Assembly: GCA_938049025.1 (NCBI GenBank)
Contig: CALIDF010000064.1
Coordinates: forward strand, 8,677 to 72,676
Source of the DNA: an uncultured Clostridia bacterium
GTDB lineage: Bacteria > Bacillota > Clostridia > Oscillospirales > Oscillospiraceae
Direction: 5' to 3'
DNA length: 64,000 nucleotides
Shown here: piece after piece, positions 1 to 8,824 of the stretch
How the letters are laid out: each line of letters begins with the position of its first letter
How positions within the stretch are numbered: the stretch's first letter is position 1
Program-made: the position numbers and the translations under genes
Notes under the pieces: generated by a model
Seen by the model: only the letters and a program-made list of their open reading frames with translations
What the model was told of the DNA's origin: nothing
Database searches by the model: none

Positions 1-100
1 GCAAAGGACCGGTTTGAGCGAAAGCTGTCCCAGCGGGAAAAGTAAAATAACAGCCGTACCGAAAAATCGAAAAATCGGTGCGGCTGCTGTTTTTATGGTA

Positions 101-1675
101 TCATTTGCCGCTGTCGCCGTAGTTTGTCAGGACTCTGGCAGAGGGATCCGAGACGTTGCAGCCTGCCCATGCCTTGTTCGGCATCCAGAAATCCGTGACC
201 ATCTCCGCCTGCCCCGGGTAGAACTTTTCAAACAGCTCCCGGTACAGCAGGCTTTCTTTGGTAAACGGCTGTGCGAAAGAATAGCTTGTCCGTTTTTCCT
301 GATAAGCAGCGTCCGTATACAGCCCCTCGGCGTAATCCTTCAGGTCATCCACCATGGAGTGGCCCACCGCATCCGAGAATGCCGCTTTTTCCCGCATGAG
401 AATGTCATAAGGCAAATAATCGCCCACAAACGCATGACGGAGCAGATACTTTCCCTTTCCGTAAACGTTCATCTTCATGGCGGGATCCAGCGACATCACA
501 TAGGACACAAAGTCCAGATCCCCGAAAGGCACCCGGGCTTCCAGAGAGTTGGCACTGATACAACGGTCCGCCCGCAGCACATCGTACATGTGCAGCTCCC
601 GAATTCGCTTTTCTGCCTCCTGCTGGAATGCCCCGGCACTGGGCGCAAAGTCCGTGTACTTATAGCCGAACAGTTCATCGGAAATTTCCCCCGTCAGGAT
701 CACCCGAAGATCCGTGTGCTCATGGATATACTTACAGACAAGGTACATGCCAATGGAAGCGCGGATGGTCGTGATATCATAGGTTCCCAGAATGGAAACC
801 ACCGTTGGCAGCACCTTCAGCACATCCTCCCGGGAGATCACGACCTCCGTATGTTCCGCGCCAAGGTAATCCGCCACCTGCCTTGCGTATTTCAGATCAA
901 TGGCATCCACATCCATTCCGATGGAAAAGGTACGGATGGGCTTTTTCAGTTTCCGCGCCGCCACGGCACAGACCAGACTGGAATCCAGACCGCCGGACAG
1001 AAGAAACCCCACCGGCGCATCCGCGTCCAGCCGTTTTTCGATCCCCGCCGTCAGCTTTTCCCGGATCCTGGTACAAGCCGTTTCCAGATCGTCCCGGCAC
1101 AGCCGGTCCGGTTTGCTGATATCCCGGTAGCAGACAAATTTTCCGTCCCGGTAATAGTGTCCGGGAGGAAACGGCAGAATCCGGGAGCAGAGTCCTACAA
1201 GGTTCTTTGGCTCACTGGCGAAAAGAATGCTTCCGTCAGCCAGATATCCATAATACAGCGGACGAATTCCAATGGGGTCCCGCGCCGCGATCAGGCTGCG
1301 GCCGTCATGGAGGATAAGGGCAAACTCCGCGTCCAGCCGGGCAAACATATCGGTACCATACTGTTCAAAAAGCGGAAGCAGCAGCTCGCAGTCCGAATCA
1401 CCGGCGAAGGTATATCCCTTTGCTTCCAGCTCTTTTTTCAGTGCACGGAATCCATACAGCTCTCCATTGCACACCACCGCCCTGCCGTTTCGGACAAAGG
1501 GCTGCATGCCCCGTTCGTCCAGCCCCATAATGGCAAGACGGTGAAACCCCAGAAACCCCGGATTCAGAGGCAGCATCCGGGTCATATCCGGCCCCCGGGA
1601 TCTGGTCGCATCAAAAAAAGGACGAATTTCCTGTAAAGTAACGGCATTTCCGAGATATCCGATAATGGAACACAT
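101..1675 (-). CDS. asnB: Asparagine synthetase B (glutamine-hydrolysing)
   Basis: N-terminal Ntn Cys (MCSIIG), RGPD, HRLAIM, NGELY, LSGGLDSS motifs; AGGAGG RBS supports the ATG at 1675 rather than 1699. Confidence 0.95.
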   Translation of the reverse strand: MCSIIGYLGNAVTLQEIRPFFDATRSRGPDMTRMLPLNPGFLGFHRLAIMGLDERGMQPFVRNGRAVVCNGELYGFRALKKELEAKGYTFAGDSDCELLLPLFEQYGTDMFARLDAEFALILHDGRSLIAARDPIGIRPLYYGYLADGSILFASEPKNLVGLCSRILPFPPGHYYRDGKFVCYRDISKPDRLCRDDLETACTRIREKLTAGIEKRLDADAPVGFLLSGGLDSSLVCAVAARKLKKPIRTFSIGMDVDAIDLKYARQVADYLGAEHTEVVISREDVLKVLPTVVSILGTYDITTIRASIGMYLVCKYIHEHTDLRVILTGEISDELFGYKYTDFAPSAGAFQQEAEKRIRELHMYDVLRADRCISANSLEARVPFGDLDFVSYVMSLDPAMKMNVYGKGKYLLRHAFVGDYLPYDILMREKAAFSDAVGHSMVDDLKDYAEGLYTDAAYQEKRTSYSFAQPFTKESLLYRELFEKFYPGQAEMVTDFWMPNKAWAGCNVSDPSARVLTNYGDSGK

Positions 1676-1700
1676 ACGTTTTCCTCCTGTCTTTTGCATG

Positions 1701-1757
1701 GAAAAAGCGACAAGGGCGCACCTGTATCAAGTACAGATGACGTCTTTGTCGCTTTTC
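1701..1757 (-). terminator. Leader attenuator of asnB with embedded ANTAR-type hairpin GAC-AAAGAC-GTC (1739-1750)
   Basis: Minus strand AGCGACAAAGACG...CGCCCTTGTCGCTTTTTC stem plus U-tract lies between the promoter and the RBS. Confidence 0.75.
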
Positions 1758-1791
1758 CCGTTATGCAGCCGCAGCGGCTTTGTTATGGCCT

Positions 1792-1820
1792 ATCTTAGCG
1801 CGCAGAATTTGCAATGTCAA
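1792..1820 (-). promoter_or_regulatory. Sigma-A promoter of asnB
   Basis: TTGACA-17bp-TAAGAT on the minus strand. Confidence 0.75.
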
Positions 1821-1913
1821 TCTTTATTTCCTTCATATTTTCCATTTTGTAGAACTTCACATTGTTCTGTTTGCATTACGGCAAATCGCTTGTTGCAAAA
1901 GTCCAAAAAAGAA

Positions 1914-1942
1914 TTGACACGTCCCGACAGAATGCGTATAAT
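1914..1942 (+). promoter_or_regulatory. Sigma-A promoter of the GS-like/ANTAR operon
   Basis: Perfect TTGACA-17bp-TATAAT. Confidence 0.85.
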
Positions 1943-1975
1943 TTTTTATTATCTCTACCCCCAAGGAGAATTGCC

Positions 1976-3172
1976 ATGCTGTACACGGAACAGGATGTCT
2001 TTGACTATATTGAGCAGGAGGACGTAAAGTTTATCCGGCTGACCTTCTGTGATCTTTCCGGAAAGCAGAAAAACATATCCATCATGCCGCAGGAGCTTTC
2101 CCGGGCCTTTGCCCAGGGCATCAGCTTTGACGCCTCCGCCATTGCCGGGTTTGGCGGTCCGGAAAATTCCGATCTGTTTCTCGTTCCGATCCCTTCCACC
2201 CTGTCCCCGCTCCCCTGGCGTCCTTCCACAGGGAAGGTTGTCCGGATGTTCTGCCGGATTCTCCGCCCGGACGGCACGCCTTTTCCGCTGGACAGCCGTT
2301 GGATTCTGGAACAGGCCGTCCGAGCGGCGTCCGCGCAGGGTCTGGCAGTCTTCTTCGGGTCGGAATTTGAATTTTACCTGTTTAAAACCGACGAAAACGG
2401 CGCGCCTACCGCAGAGCCCTTTGACCGGGCAGGTTATCTGGACGTTGCACCGGAGGACAGAGGCGAAAATGTACGGCGGGAAATCTGCCTGACGCTGGAA
2501 AGCATGGGAATTCTGCCGGAACGCTCCCACCACGAGGAGGGGCCGGGGCAGAACGAGATCGACTTCCGCTACGCCGATGCGCTGACTTCTGCGGACAATG
2601 CCATGCACTTCCGTTCCGTTGTGCAGGCCGTTGCCCTGAGCAACGGTCTGTACGCCGATTTTTCCCCAAAGCCCATGGCGAGAGAAGCAGGGAACGGCAT
2701 GCATATCAATATTTCCGTGAAATCCCGGGATGAAAGGGACGTTCAGGACAGTTTTATGGCCGGTATTCTCCGCCATATCCGGGAGATGACCTTCTACCTG
2801 AATCCCACGGACACGTCCTACCGGCGTCTTGGCGAAAAGAAGGCTCCCCGGTTCCTCAGCTGGGCCGAGGGAAATCGCTCTCAGTTGATTCGAATTCCTG
2901 CCGCAGAAGGCGCGTACCGTCGGATGGAGCTGCGGTCTCCGGACCCCACTGCCAATCCCTACCTTGCCTATGCCCTGCTGATTTACGCCGGTCTGGACGG
3001 AGTCACGCAGAACCTCCTTCCGCCGGAACCCGTCAACCGGGATCTGTACCGGGCAGAGGAAAGCTTCCTTCGCACACTGGAAGTGCTTCCCGCATCTCTG
3101 GAAGAGGCCCGCCGGGCAGCGGCAGAAAGTACCTTTATCCGGAATGTGCTTCCGGAAGAAATGCTCCGCTGA
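1976..3172 (+). CDS. Glutamine synthetase type I-like protein, short (398 aa) with atypical active site
   Basis: VKFIRLTFCDLSG, FDASAIAGF, EFEFYLF, HHEEGPGQNEIDF, GMHIN, ELRSPDP motifs; AAGGAG RBS before ATG 1976. Confidence 0.9.
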   Translation: MLYTEQDVFDYIEQEDVKFIRLTFCDLSGKQKNISIMPQELSRAFAQGISFDASAIAGFGGPENSDLFLVPIPSTLSPLPWRPSTGKVVRMFCRILRPDGTPFPLDSRWILEQAVRAASAQGLAVFFGSEFEFYLFKTDENGAPTAEPFDRAGYLDVAPEDRGENVRREICLTLESMGILPERSHHEEGPGQNEIDFRYADALTSADNAMHFRSVVQAVALSNGLYADFSPKPMAREAGNGMHINISVKSRDERDVQDSFMAGILRHIREMTFYLNPTDTSYRRLGEKKAPRFLSWAEGNRSQLIRIPAAEGAYRRMELRSPDPTANPYLAYALLIYAGLDGVTQNLLPPEPVNRDLYRAEESFLRTLEVLPASLEEARRAAAESTFIRNVLPEEMLR

Positions 3173-3187
3173 AAGAAGGAATCCTCC

Positions 3188-3772
3188 ATGGCAGCGGGAA
3201 AAACAAAATATCTGGTTCTCGCTGCGGACGGCAGCGGGAAAATCGCCCCACTTCTGGCAGAAATCCTTCCAAAAACGGAATACGAAGTTCTTCCCGCCTC
3301 CGCCACAGCCGGTCAGATCCGGCGGCTGATTCCGGACCGGCGAGTGGACCTTCTTGTGATCAACGCACCGCTGAAGGATGAATTCGGCACCCAGCTTGCG
3401 CAGGACCTTGCGAACCGGAATCTGGGGGTGCTGCTTCTGACTCCGGCAGACGTATTTGATCAGGTTTGCTGCCGGGTAGAGTCCTCCGGCGTTATGACGC
3501 TGGCAAAACCGATCTCCCGACAAACGCTGTATATGGCACTGCGGGCCGTGACCGCGCTTCGCGCCAAACTCCTGCAAATGGAACAGAAAACCCTGACGCT
3601 GCAGCGAAAGATGGAGGATGTCCGCACCGTAAACCACGCGAAATGGCTCCTGATGGAAAATGACCACATGTCCGAGCAGGATGCCCATCGCTACATTGAA
3701 AAGCAATCCATGGACATGCGCCTGACCCGCCGGGAGGTAGCGGAAAGCATCATCCGTTCCTTCGGATGCTGA
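3188..3772 (+). CDS. ANTAR-domain RNA antiterminator with pseudo-receiver domain (AmiR/NasT/NitR-like)
   Basis: C-terminal AKWLLM..MSEQDAHRYIEKQSMDMRLTRREVAE; receiver-like DLLVINAPL with N at the Asp position. Confidence 0.9.
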   Translation: MAAGKTKYLVLAADGSGKIAPLLAEILPKTEYEVLPASATAGQIRRLIPDRRVDLLVINAPLKDEFGTQLAQDLANRNLGVLLLTPADVFDQVCCRVESSGVMTLAKPISRQTLYMALRAVTALRAKLLQMEQKTLTLQRKMEDVRTVNHAKWLLMENDHMSEQDAHRYIEKQSMDMRLTRREVAESIIRSFGC

Positions 3773-3789
3773 GATCAAAGCGGGTAAAT

Positions 3790-3926
3790 AAATTGAAATT
3801 TAGCGGTGTAAGGTACCCCCGGCACGGTGTCATCCCGAGGCCCGATTACCGGTCATTCCGAGCCAGCACGCACGCTGGCTCGGAATGGCAATGCTGTTCG
3901 TAATGCGCGCCGCCAAATTTCTGTTT
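3790..3926. repeat. Small intergenic palindromic (REP/MITE-like) element
   Basis: 16-bp stem GTCATTCCGAGCCAGC/GCTGGCTCGGAATGGC (3852-3889); bracketed by AAATTGAAATTT (3790-3801) and AAATTTCTGTTT (3915-3926); shares 15/16 nt with 33896-33911. Confidence 0.6.
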
Positions 3927-3956
3927 TCTCCTGTTTATACCATTTGCTGCAATAAG

Positions 3957-3994
3957 AACCGCCGCAGTCTTTCTCAGGACTGCGGCGGTTTTTT
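3957..3994. terminator. Probably bidirectional intrinsic terminator between the ANTAR gene and trxA
   Basis: AACCGCCGCAGTC/GACTGCGGCGGTT stem with T-tract. Confidence 0.8.
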
Positions 3995-4298
3995 ACAGCA
4001 TATCAAGGATTTCCTGTCTGGAGCGGGCACCGGAAACCTGCCGGAGAATCTTACCGTCCTGCATGACCATGAGCGTCGGAATTGTCAGGATACGATACGT
4101 TTCCGCAAGTTCCTTTTCCTCATCCACATTGATCTTGGCAACCAGAAGATCCTGCCGCTCCTTTTCAATCTCGTCAAGGACCGGTCCCACCATCCGGCAG
4201 GGGCCGCACCACGGCGCCCAGAAGTCCAGAAGAACCTTCTTCTGTGCGCAAAGAACCGTGTTTTCAAATGTTTCCTTCGTAACGGGGATTACTGCCAT
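3993..4298 (-). CDS. trxA: Thioredoxin
   Basis: LLDFWAPWCGPC motif; GAGGA RBS before ATG 4298. Confidence 0.93.
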   Translation of the reverse strand: MAVIPVTKETFENTVLCAQKKVLLDFWAPWCGPCRMVGPVLDEIEKERQDLLVAKINVDEEKELAETYRILTIPTLMVMQDGKILRQVSGARSRQEILDML

Positions 4299-4426
4299 TT
4301 TGAATTCCTCCTTTTTGAAAGTATTTCCTGTTCCTGTCGTTTTATCAGCAGTCCGCATCGGCTTCATTCACAAATTTTACTTCTTATATTTTGCGTTTTC
4401 TGTGCATTTTCCTATTTAGTTTTTTG

Positions 4427-4455
4427 TTGACATTTTATTATTTCAATAATATAAT
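4427..4455 (+). promoter_or_regulatory. Sigma-A promoter of adhE
   Basis: Perfect TTGACA-17bp-TATAAT. Confidence 0.85.
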
Positions 4456-4468
4456 ATCAATAAACTTA

Positions 4469-4490
4469 TATCGGTAATTGATTACCGATA
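4469..4490. promoter_or_regulatory. Putative operator palindrome downstream of the adhE promoter
   Basis: TATCGGTAAT-TG-ATTACCGATA, a perfect 10-bp inverted repeat. Confidence 0.55.
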
Positions 4491-4509
4491 CTCGAAGGGA
4501 AGAATCGTC

Positions 4510-7116
4510 ATGGAACAGAAATACACCCCCGTCACCAACGCTCAGGAGCTTACGGACGCCCTCGACCGGGTTCGTGCCGCTCAGAGAAAATTCGCTTCCT
4601 ACACGCAGGAGCAGGTTGACCGGATCTTCCTCGCCGCTGCTACCGCCGCCAATCAGATGCGGATTCCCCTTGCCAAGCAGGCCGTTGCCGAAACCGGCAT
4701 GGGCATTGTGGAAGACAAGGTCATCAAAAACCACTTTGCATCCGAATATATTTACAACGCATACCGGAACGCCAAAACCTGCGGCGTGATTGAAGAGGAC
4801 ACCGCTTATGGCACCCAGCGCATTGCCGAGCCCATCGGTGTGATCGCCGCGGTTATTCCAACTACCAATCCCACCTCCACTGCCATTTTCAAAACGCTGA
4901 TCTGTCTGAAGACCCGCAACGGAATTATCATCAGCCCCCATCCCAGAGCAAAGGGCTGCACCATTGCCGCCGCGAAGGTGGTTCTGGAAGCCGCTGTCGC
5001 GGCTGGTGCGCCGGAGGACATTATTGCCTGGGTGGATGTGCCCAGTCTGGAGCTTACCAATCAACTCATGCGGGAAGCCGACCTGATCCTCGCAACCGGC
5101 GGCCCCGGCATGGTGAAGGCCGCCTACTCCTCCGGCAAGCCCGCGCTGGGCGTAGGCCCCGGAAATACTCCGGCAATCATTGACGACAGCGCCAATCTTC
5201 TTCTGGCGGTTTCCTCTGTTATCCACTCCAAAACCTTCGACAACGGCATGATCTGTGCCTCCGAGCAGAGCGTTGTGGTAGTGGACAGCGTTTACGAAGC
5301 GGTGAAGGCTGAATTCGTAAACCGGGGCTGCCATGTTCTGACTGATGAAGAAACCGAGAAGGTTCGGGGCACGATCCTGATCAACGGCGCTCTGAACGCA
5401 AAAATCGTCGGTCAGTCCGCCCACACCATCGCTGCCCTTGCCGGTGTGGAGGTTCCCGAAGCCACCAAGATCCTCATCGGTGAGGTAACCTCCACCGATC
5501 TCTCCGAGGCCTTCGCCCATGAGAAGCTGTCTCCTGTACTTGCCATGTACCGTGCCGCGGATTTTGCGGACGCTCTGGATAAGGCGGATCAGCTGGTCAA
5601 GGACGGCGGCTACGGACACACTGCTTCCGTCTATCTGGACGAGGTGAACCAGAAGGAAAAGCTGGAAGCCTTCGCCAACCGGATGAAGGCATGCCGGATT
5701 CTTGTGAACACTCCCTCCTCTCAGGGCGGTATCGGCGATCTGTACAACTTCAAACTGGCTCCCTCCCTGACGCTGGGCTGCGGCAGCTGGGGTGGAAACT
5801 CTGTTTCCGAAAACGTGGGCATCAAGCATCTGCTGAACATCAAGACCGTTGCAATCAGGAGGGAAAATATGCTCTGGTTCCGTGCGCCCGAAAAGGTTTA
5901 TTTCAAGAAGGGCTGTCTGCCGGTTGCCCTGAGTGAGCTGAAGGAGCACAAAAAGGCATTTATCGTTACCGACTCCTTCCTGTACAATAACGGCTACACG
6001 AAGCCCATCGAGCAGAAGCTGGACGAAATGGGCATCTCCCACACCACCTTCTACAATGTGGCTCCCGATCCTACGCTGGCATGTGCCCGGGAAGGTGCCG
6101 CTCAGATGACCGCCTTCCAGCCTGACCTGATCCTTGCTATCGGCGGCGGCTCCGCCATGGACGCAGGCAAGATCATGTGGGTGCTGTATGAGCATCCCGA
6201 AGCGGATTTTCAGGATATGGCCATGCGGTTCTGTGACATCCGGAAGCGGGTCTATACCTTCCCCAAGATGGGGGAAAAGGCCTACTTTGTTGCCATCCCC
6301 ACCTCCGCCGGTACCGGCTCTGAGGTAACCCCCTTCGCCGTGATCACCGACGAAAAGACCGGTGTCAAGTATCCGCTGGCAGACTACGAGCTGCTGCCCA
6401 AGATGTCCATCGTGGACGCGGATATGATGATGAACGCCCCCAGAGGGCTCACAGCCGCTTCCGGCATTGACGCCGTAACCCATGCTCTGGAAGCTTACGC
6501 CTCCATTATGGCAACGGACTACACTGACGGTCTGGCGCTGCGGAGTCTGAAGCTGATTTTCGAAAATCTGCCCAAGGCCTACGACAACGGTCCCAAGGAG
6601 CCCCGTGCAAGAGAAAACATGGCCCATGCCGCCTGCATGGCCGGTATGGCATTTGCCAATGCCTTCCTGGGTGTGTGCCACTCCATGGCCCACAAGCTGG
6701 GTGCGTTCCATCACCTGCCCCACGGCATTGCCAACGCACTGATGATCGATGAGGTCCTGCGGTTCAATGCCGCCGAAGTCCCCACCAAGATGGGCACCTT
6801 CTCCCAGTACGATCATCCCCACACGCTGGCACGGTACGCGGAGGTTGCGGACTATCTGAAGCTGGGCGGTAATACGGATGAAGAAAAGCTGGAAGCACTG
6901 ATTTCCGCCATTGATGCTCTGAAGGAGCGGGTCTGCATCAAAAAAACCATCCGGGACTACGGCATCGACGAGACCGATTTCCTGAACCGGCTGGATGCGA
7001 TGGTCGAGCAGGCCTTTGACGACCAGTGCACCGGCGCCAACCCCCGGTATCCGCTGATGAAGGAAATCAGGCAGATGTACCTGAACGCCTATTACGGGAC
7101 CCACACCGAAGTCTGA
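4510..7116 (+). CDS. adhE: Bifunctional acetaldehyde-CoA/alcohol dehydrogenase
   Basis: 868 aa; ALDH half (PTTNPTST, ATGGPGMV, CASEQ) plus Fe-ADH half (GGGSAMD, PTSAGTGSE, HSMAH). Confidence 0.97.
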   Translation: MEQKYTPVTNAQELTDALDRVRAAQRKFASYTQEQVDRIFLAAATAANQMRIPLAKQAVAETGMGIVEDKVIKNHFASEYIYNAYRNAKTCGVIEEDTAYGTQRIAEPIGVIAAVIPTTNPTSTAIFKTLICLKTRNGIIISPHPRAKGCTIAAAKVVLEAAVAAGAPEDIIAWVDVPSLELTNQLMREADLILATGGPGMVKAAYSSGKPALGVGPGNTPAIIDDSANLLLAVSSVIHSKTFDNGMICASEQSVVVVDSVYEAVKAEFVNRGCHVLTDEETEKVRGTILINGALNAKIVGQSAHTIAALAGVEVPEATKILIGEVTSTDLSEAFAHEKLSPVLAMYRAADFADALDKADQLVKDGGYGHTASVYLDEVNQKEKLEAFANRMKACRILVNTPSSQGGIGDLYNFKLAPSLTLGCGSWGGNSVSENVGIKHLLNIKTVAIRRENMLWFRAPEKVYFKKGCLPVALSELKEHKKAFIVTDSFLYNNGYTKPIEQKLDEMGISHTTFYNVAPDPTLACAREGAAQMTAFQPDLILAIGGGSAMDAGKIMWVLYEHPEADFQDMAMRFCDIRKRVYTFPKMGEKAYFVAIPTSAGTGSEVTPFAVITDEKTGVKYPLADYELLPKMSIVDADMMMNAPRGLTAASGIDAVTHALEAYASIMATDYTDGLALRSLKLIFENLPKAYDNGPKEPRARENMAHAACMAGMAFANAFLGVCHSMAHKLGAFHHLPHGIANALMIDEVLRFNAAEVPTKMGTFSQYDHPHTLARYAEVADYLKLGGNTDEEKLEALISAIDALKERVCIKKTIRDYGIDETDFLNRLDAMVEQAFDDQCTGANPRYPLMKEIRQMYLNAYYGTHTEV

Positions 7117-7135
7117 AACAATCCGAAATCGCGCT

Positions 7136-7197
7136 GAATTAAAATTTTGCGGGGCGAAGCTCAGTCGCGCTTCGCCCCGTGCGCAAAATTCAAATTT
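7136..7197. repeat. Small hairpin element after adhE
   Basis: GCGGGGCGAAGC/GCTTCGCCCCGT stem flanked by GAATTAAAATTT and AAATTCAAATTT. Confidence 0.45.
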
Positions 7198-7215
7198 ACA
7201 ACTCTTTCACATAAC

Positions 7216-7262
7216 AATTGACCGCCAGTCCTTCCGGGGAACTGGCGATCAATTGGTTTTTT
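7216..7262. terminator. Intrinsic terminator between convergent adhE and the mreB operon
   Basis: AATTGACCGCCAGT/ACTGGCGATCAATT stem followed by a T-run. Confidence 0.7.
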
Positions 7263-7749
7263 ATGAGATTGGGAAATCGTCCCGGCCTGCCGCTACAAAA
7301 TAGCGGCGGAAGCCGGTATCCTGATAATACACCCGCAGATTTTTCCCAAGCAGGTACTCCCCTGCCGGGATCCGGATACAGGGGCTTTGAAAGAAGTGCT
7401 CCTGTCCCTGCGCGTCCGTATGGGAAAGTGTCAGAATCACGGGATGCCGTCCGTTCACTTCGATAGCGCGGTTCAAGCGGTAGCCGGTCACCTGCGCCCA
7501 GACATATCTTCCGGACGCCATCAGCTCCCGGGCACGCTTCCGCCTTGAAAATTCCAGGTAGAGGAAAATACCGCCCGCAATCAGGAGTGCCGCCCCGATT
7601 CCGGCAAAAACAAGCATAACTGTCCGCGCCGCGTCCGGCTGAAACACCATGCCAAGACCACCGATCAGCAAATACAGCGCACCCAGCCCGGAAAAAATCC
7701 AGCCCATGATTTGCAGGGCACTGACGGTTCCCTTCGGATAATCAGCCAT
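7261..7749 (-). CDS. Two-TM membrane protein with soluble C-terminal domain (DUF3592-like)
   Basis: Two hydrophobic helices then a beta-rich segment; ATG 7749 overlaps the mreB end. Confidence 0.65.
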   Translation of the reverse strand: MADYPKGTVSALQIMGWIFSGLGALYLLIGGLGMVFQPDAARTVMLVFAGIGAALLIAGGIFLYLEFSRRKRARELMASGRYVWAQVTGYRLNRAIEVNGRHPVILTLSHTDAQGQEHFFQSPCIRIPAGEYLLGKNLRVYYQDTGFRRYFVAAGRDDFPIS

Positions 7750-8782
7750 TGCGCATGATCCGTTTCCGGGCAATGTTGATAGGGCCTTCCTGCATCCGGT
7801 TGATCCAGGCAAGGCTCTTGCCGCAGCCATAGGCGGTACACGCCTCCGGGTCATCCGCCACGATGCAGGAAATGCCTGTCCGCTCGATCAGCAGTTCGGC
7901 AAAGCCCCAAATCTGGCTGCATCCGCCGGTCAGGGTAATGCCGTTCTCCGAAACGTCACTGACGAGCTCCGGGCTGGTCTGCTCCAGCACGGACAGAACC
8001 TCATCGGCGATCATCCGGGCCGGGCGGCGCAGCACCTCATAAATTTCCGTAGAGGTCAGGGTCACCATTTTGGGCATGCCGGTTTTGGCGTCTCTTCCCT
8101 TTACGTTCATGCTCAACTCCTCATGCCGGGGATAAACCTGTCCAATCTGAATCTTCACATCCTCGGCAGTAACCTGTCCGATGACGACACCGTGCTGCCG
8201 GCGGACATAACGGCCGATGGCCTCGTCAAAGGCATCGCCTGCCACCTTCAGGGAAGAGGACACCGCAACTCCGTTCATGCTGAGCACCGCAATGTCTGTG
8301 GTGCCGCCGCCAATATCCACGACCAGATGTCCGCTGGGATCCTTAATGTCCAGCCCGGCACCCAGTCCGGCTGCCAACGGCTCCTCAATCAGGAATACCC
8401 GGCGGGCACCGGCTTCAATGGCGGCATTGATCACGGAACGCTCCTCCACCTCGGTCACGCCGCTGGGAACGCTGATGACCACACGGGGCTTGGGTGTAAA
8501 GACGGAAGCCTTGGTCGCGGTCTTGAACATTTCCTGAAGCATCCGCACCGTCATTTCGTGGTCGGAAATAATGCCATCCTTCAGCGGATGCATGGCAACC
8601 ACGTTGCCGGGGGTACGGTTCAGCATATTCCGGGCAGCCGCGCCCACCTGCAGAATCTTGCCCGTGTTCCGGTCAACGGCAACCACGCAGGGCTCCTTCA
8701 CCACAAGACCCTTTCCGTCGGCATAAATCAGCACGTTGGAAGTGCCCAGATCCACGCCCAGATCATTGGAAAACAGTAACAT
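7742..8782 (-). CDS. mreB: Rod shape-determining actin homolog (MreB/Mbl family)
   Basis: GVDLGTSN, VPSGVTEVE, EEPLAA, VVDIGGGTTD, LTGG motifs. Confidence 0.9.
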   Translation of the reverse strand: MLLFSNDLGVDLGTSNVLIYADGKGLVVKEPCVVAVDRNTGKILQVGAAARNMLNRTPGNVVAMHPLKDGIISDHEMTVRMLQEMFKTATKASVFTPKPRVVISVPSGVTEVEERSVINAAIEAGARRVFLIEEPLAAGLGAGLDIKDPSGHLVVDIGGGTTDIAVLSMNGVAVSSSLKVAGDAFDEAIGRYVRRQHGVVIGQVTAEDVKIQIGQVYPRHEELSMNVKGRDAKTGMPKMVTLTSTEIYEVLRRPARMIADEVLSVLEQTSPELVSDVSENGITLTGGCSQIWGFAELLIERTGISCIVADDPEACTAYGCGKSLAWINRMQEGPINIARKRIMRNG

Positions 8783-8824
8783 ATTCCTTCACCTACTTGC
8801 TCAGATTCCATATGTATGAATGAA

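Noticed and set aside
14..1636. Long opposite-strand ORFs (also 4438-7104, 14685-17363, 21378-23840, 41475-43910, 49901-52639, 56990-60385)
   Set aside because: Antisense shadows of well-recognised genes in GC-biased coding DNA; no motifs or RBS support
4424..4441. Rex operator at the adhE promoter (TTGTTGA...)
   Set aside because: Only a left half-site resemblance; the right half does not match TTAACAA
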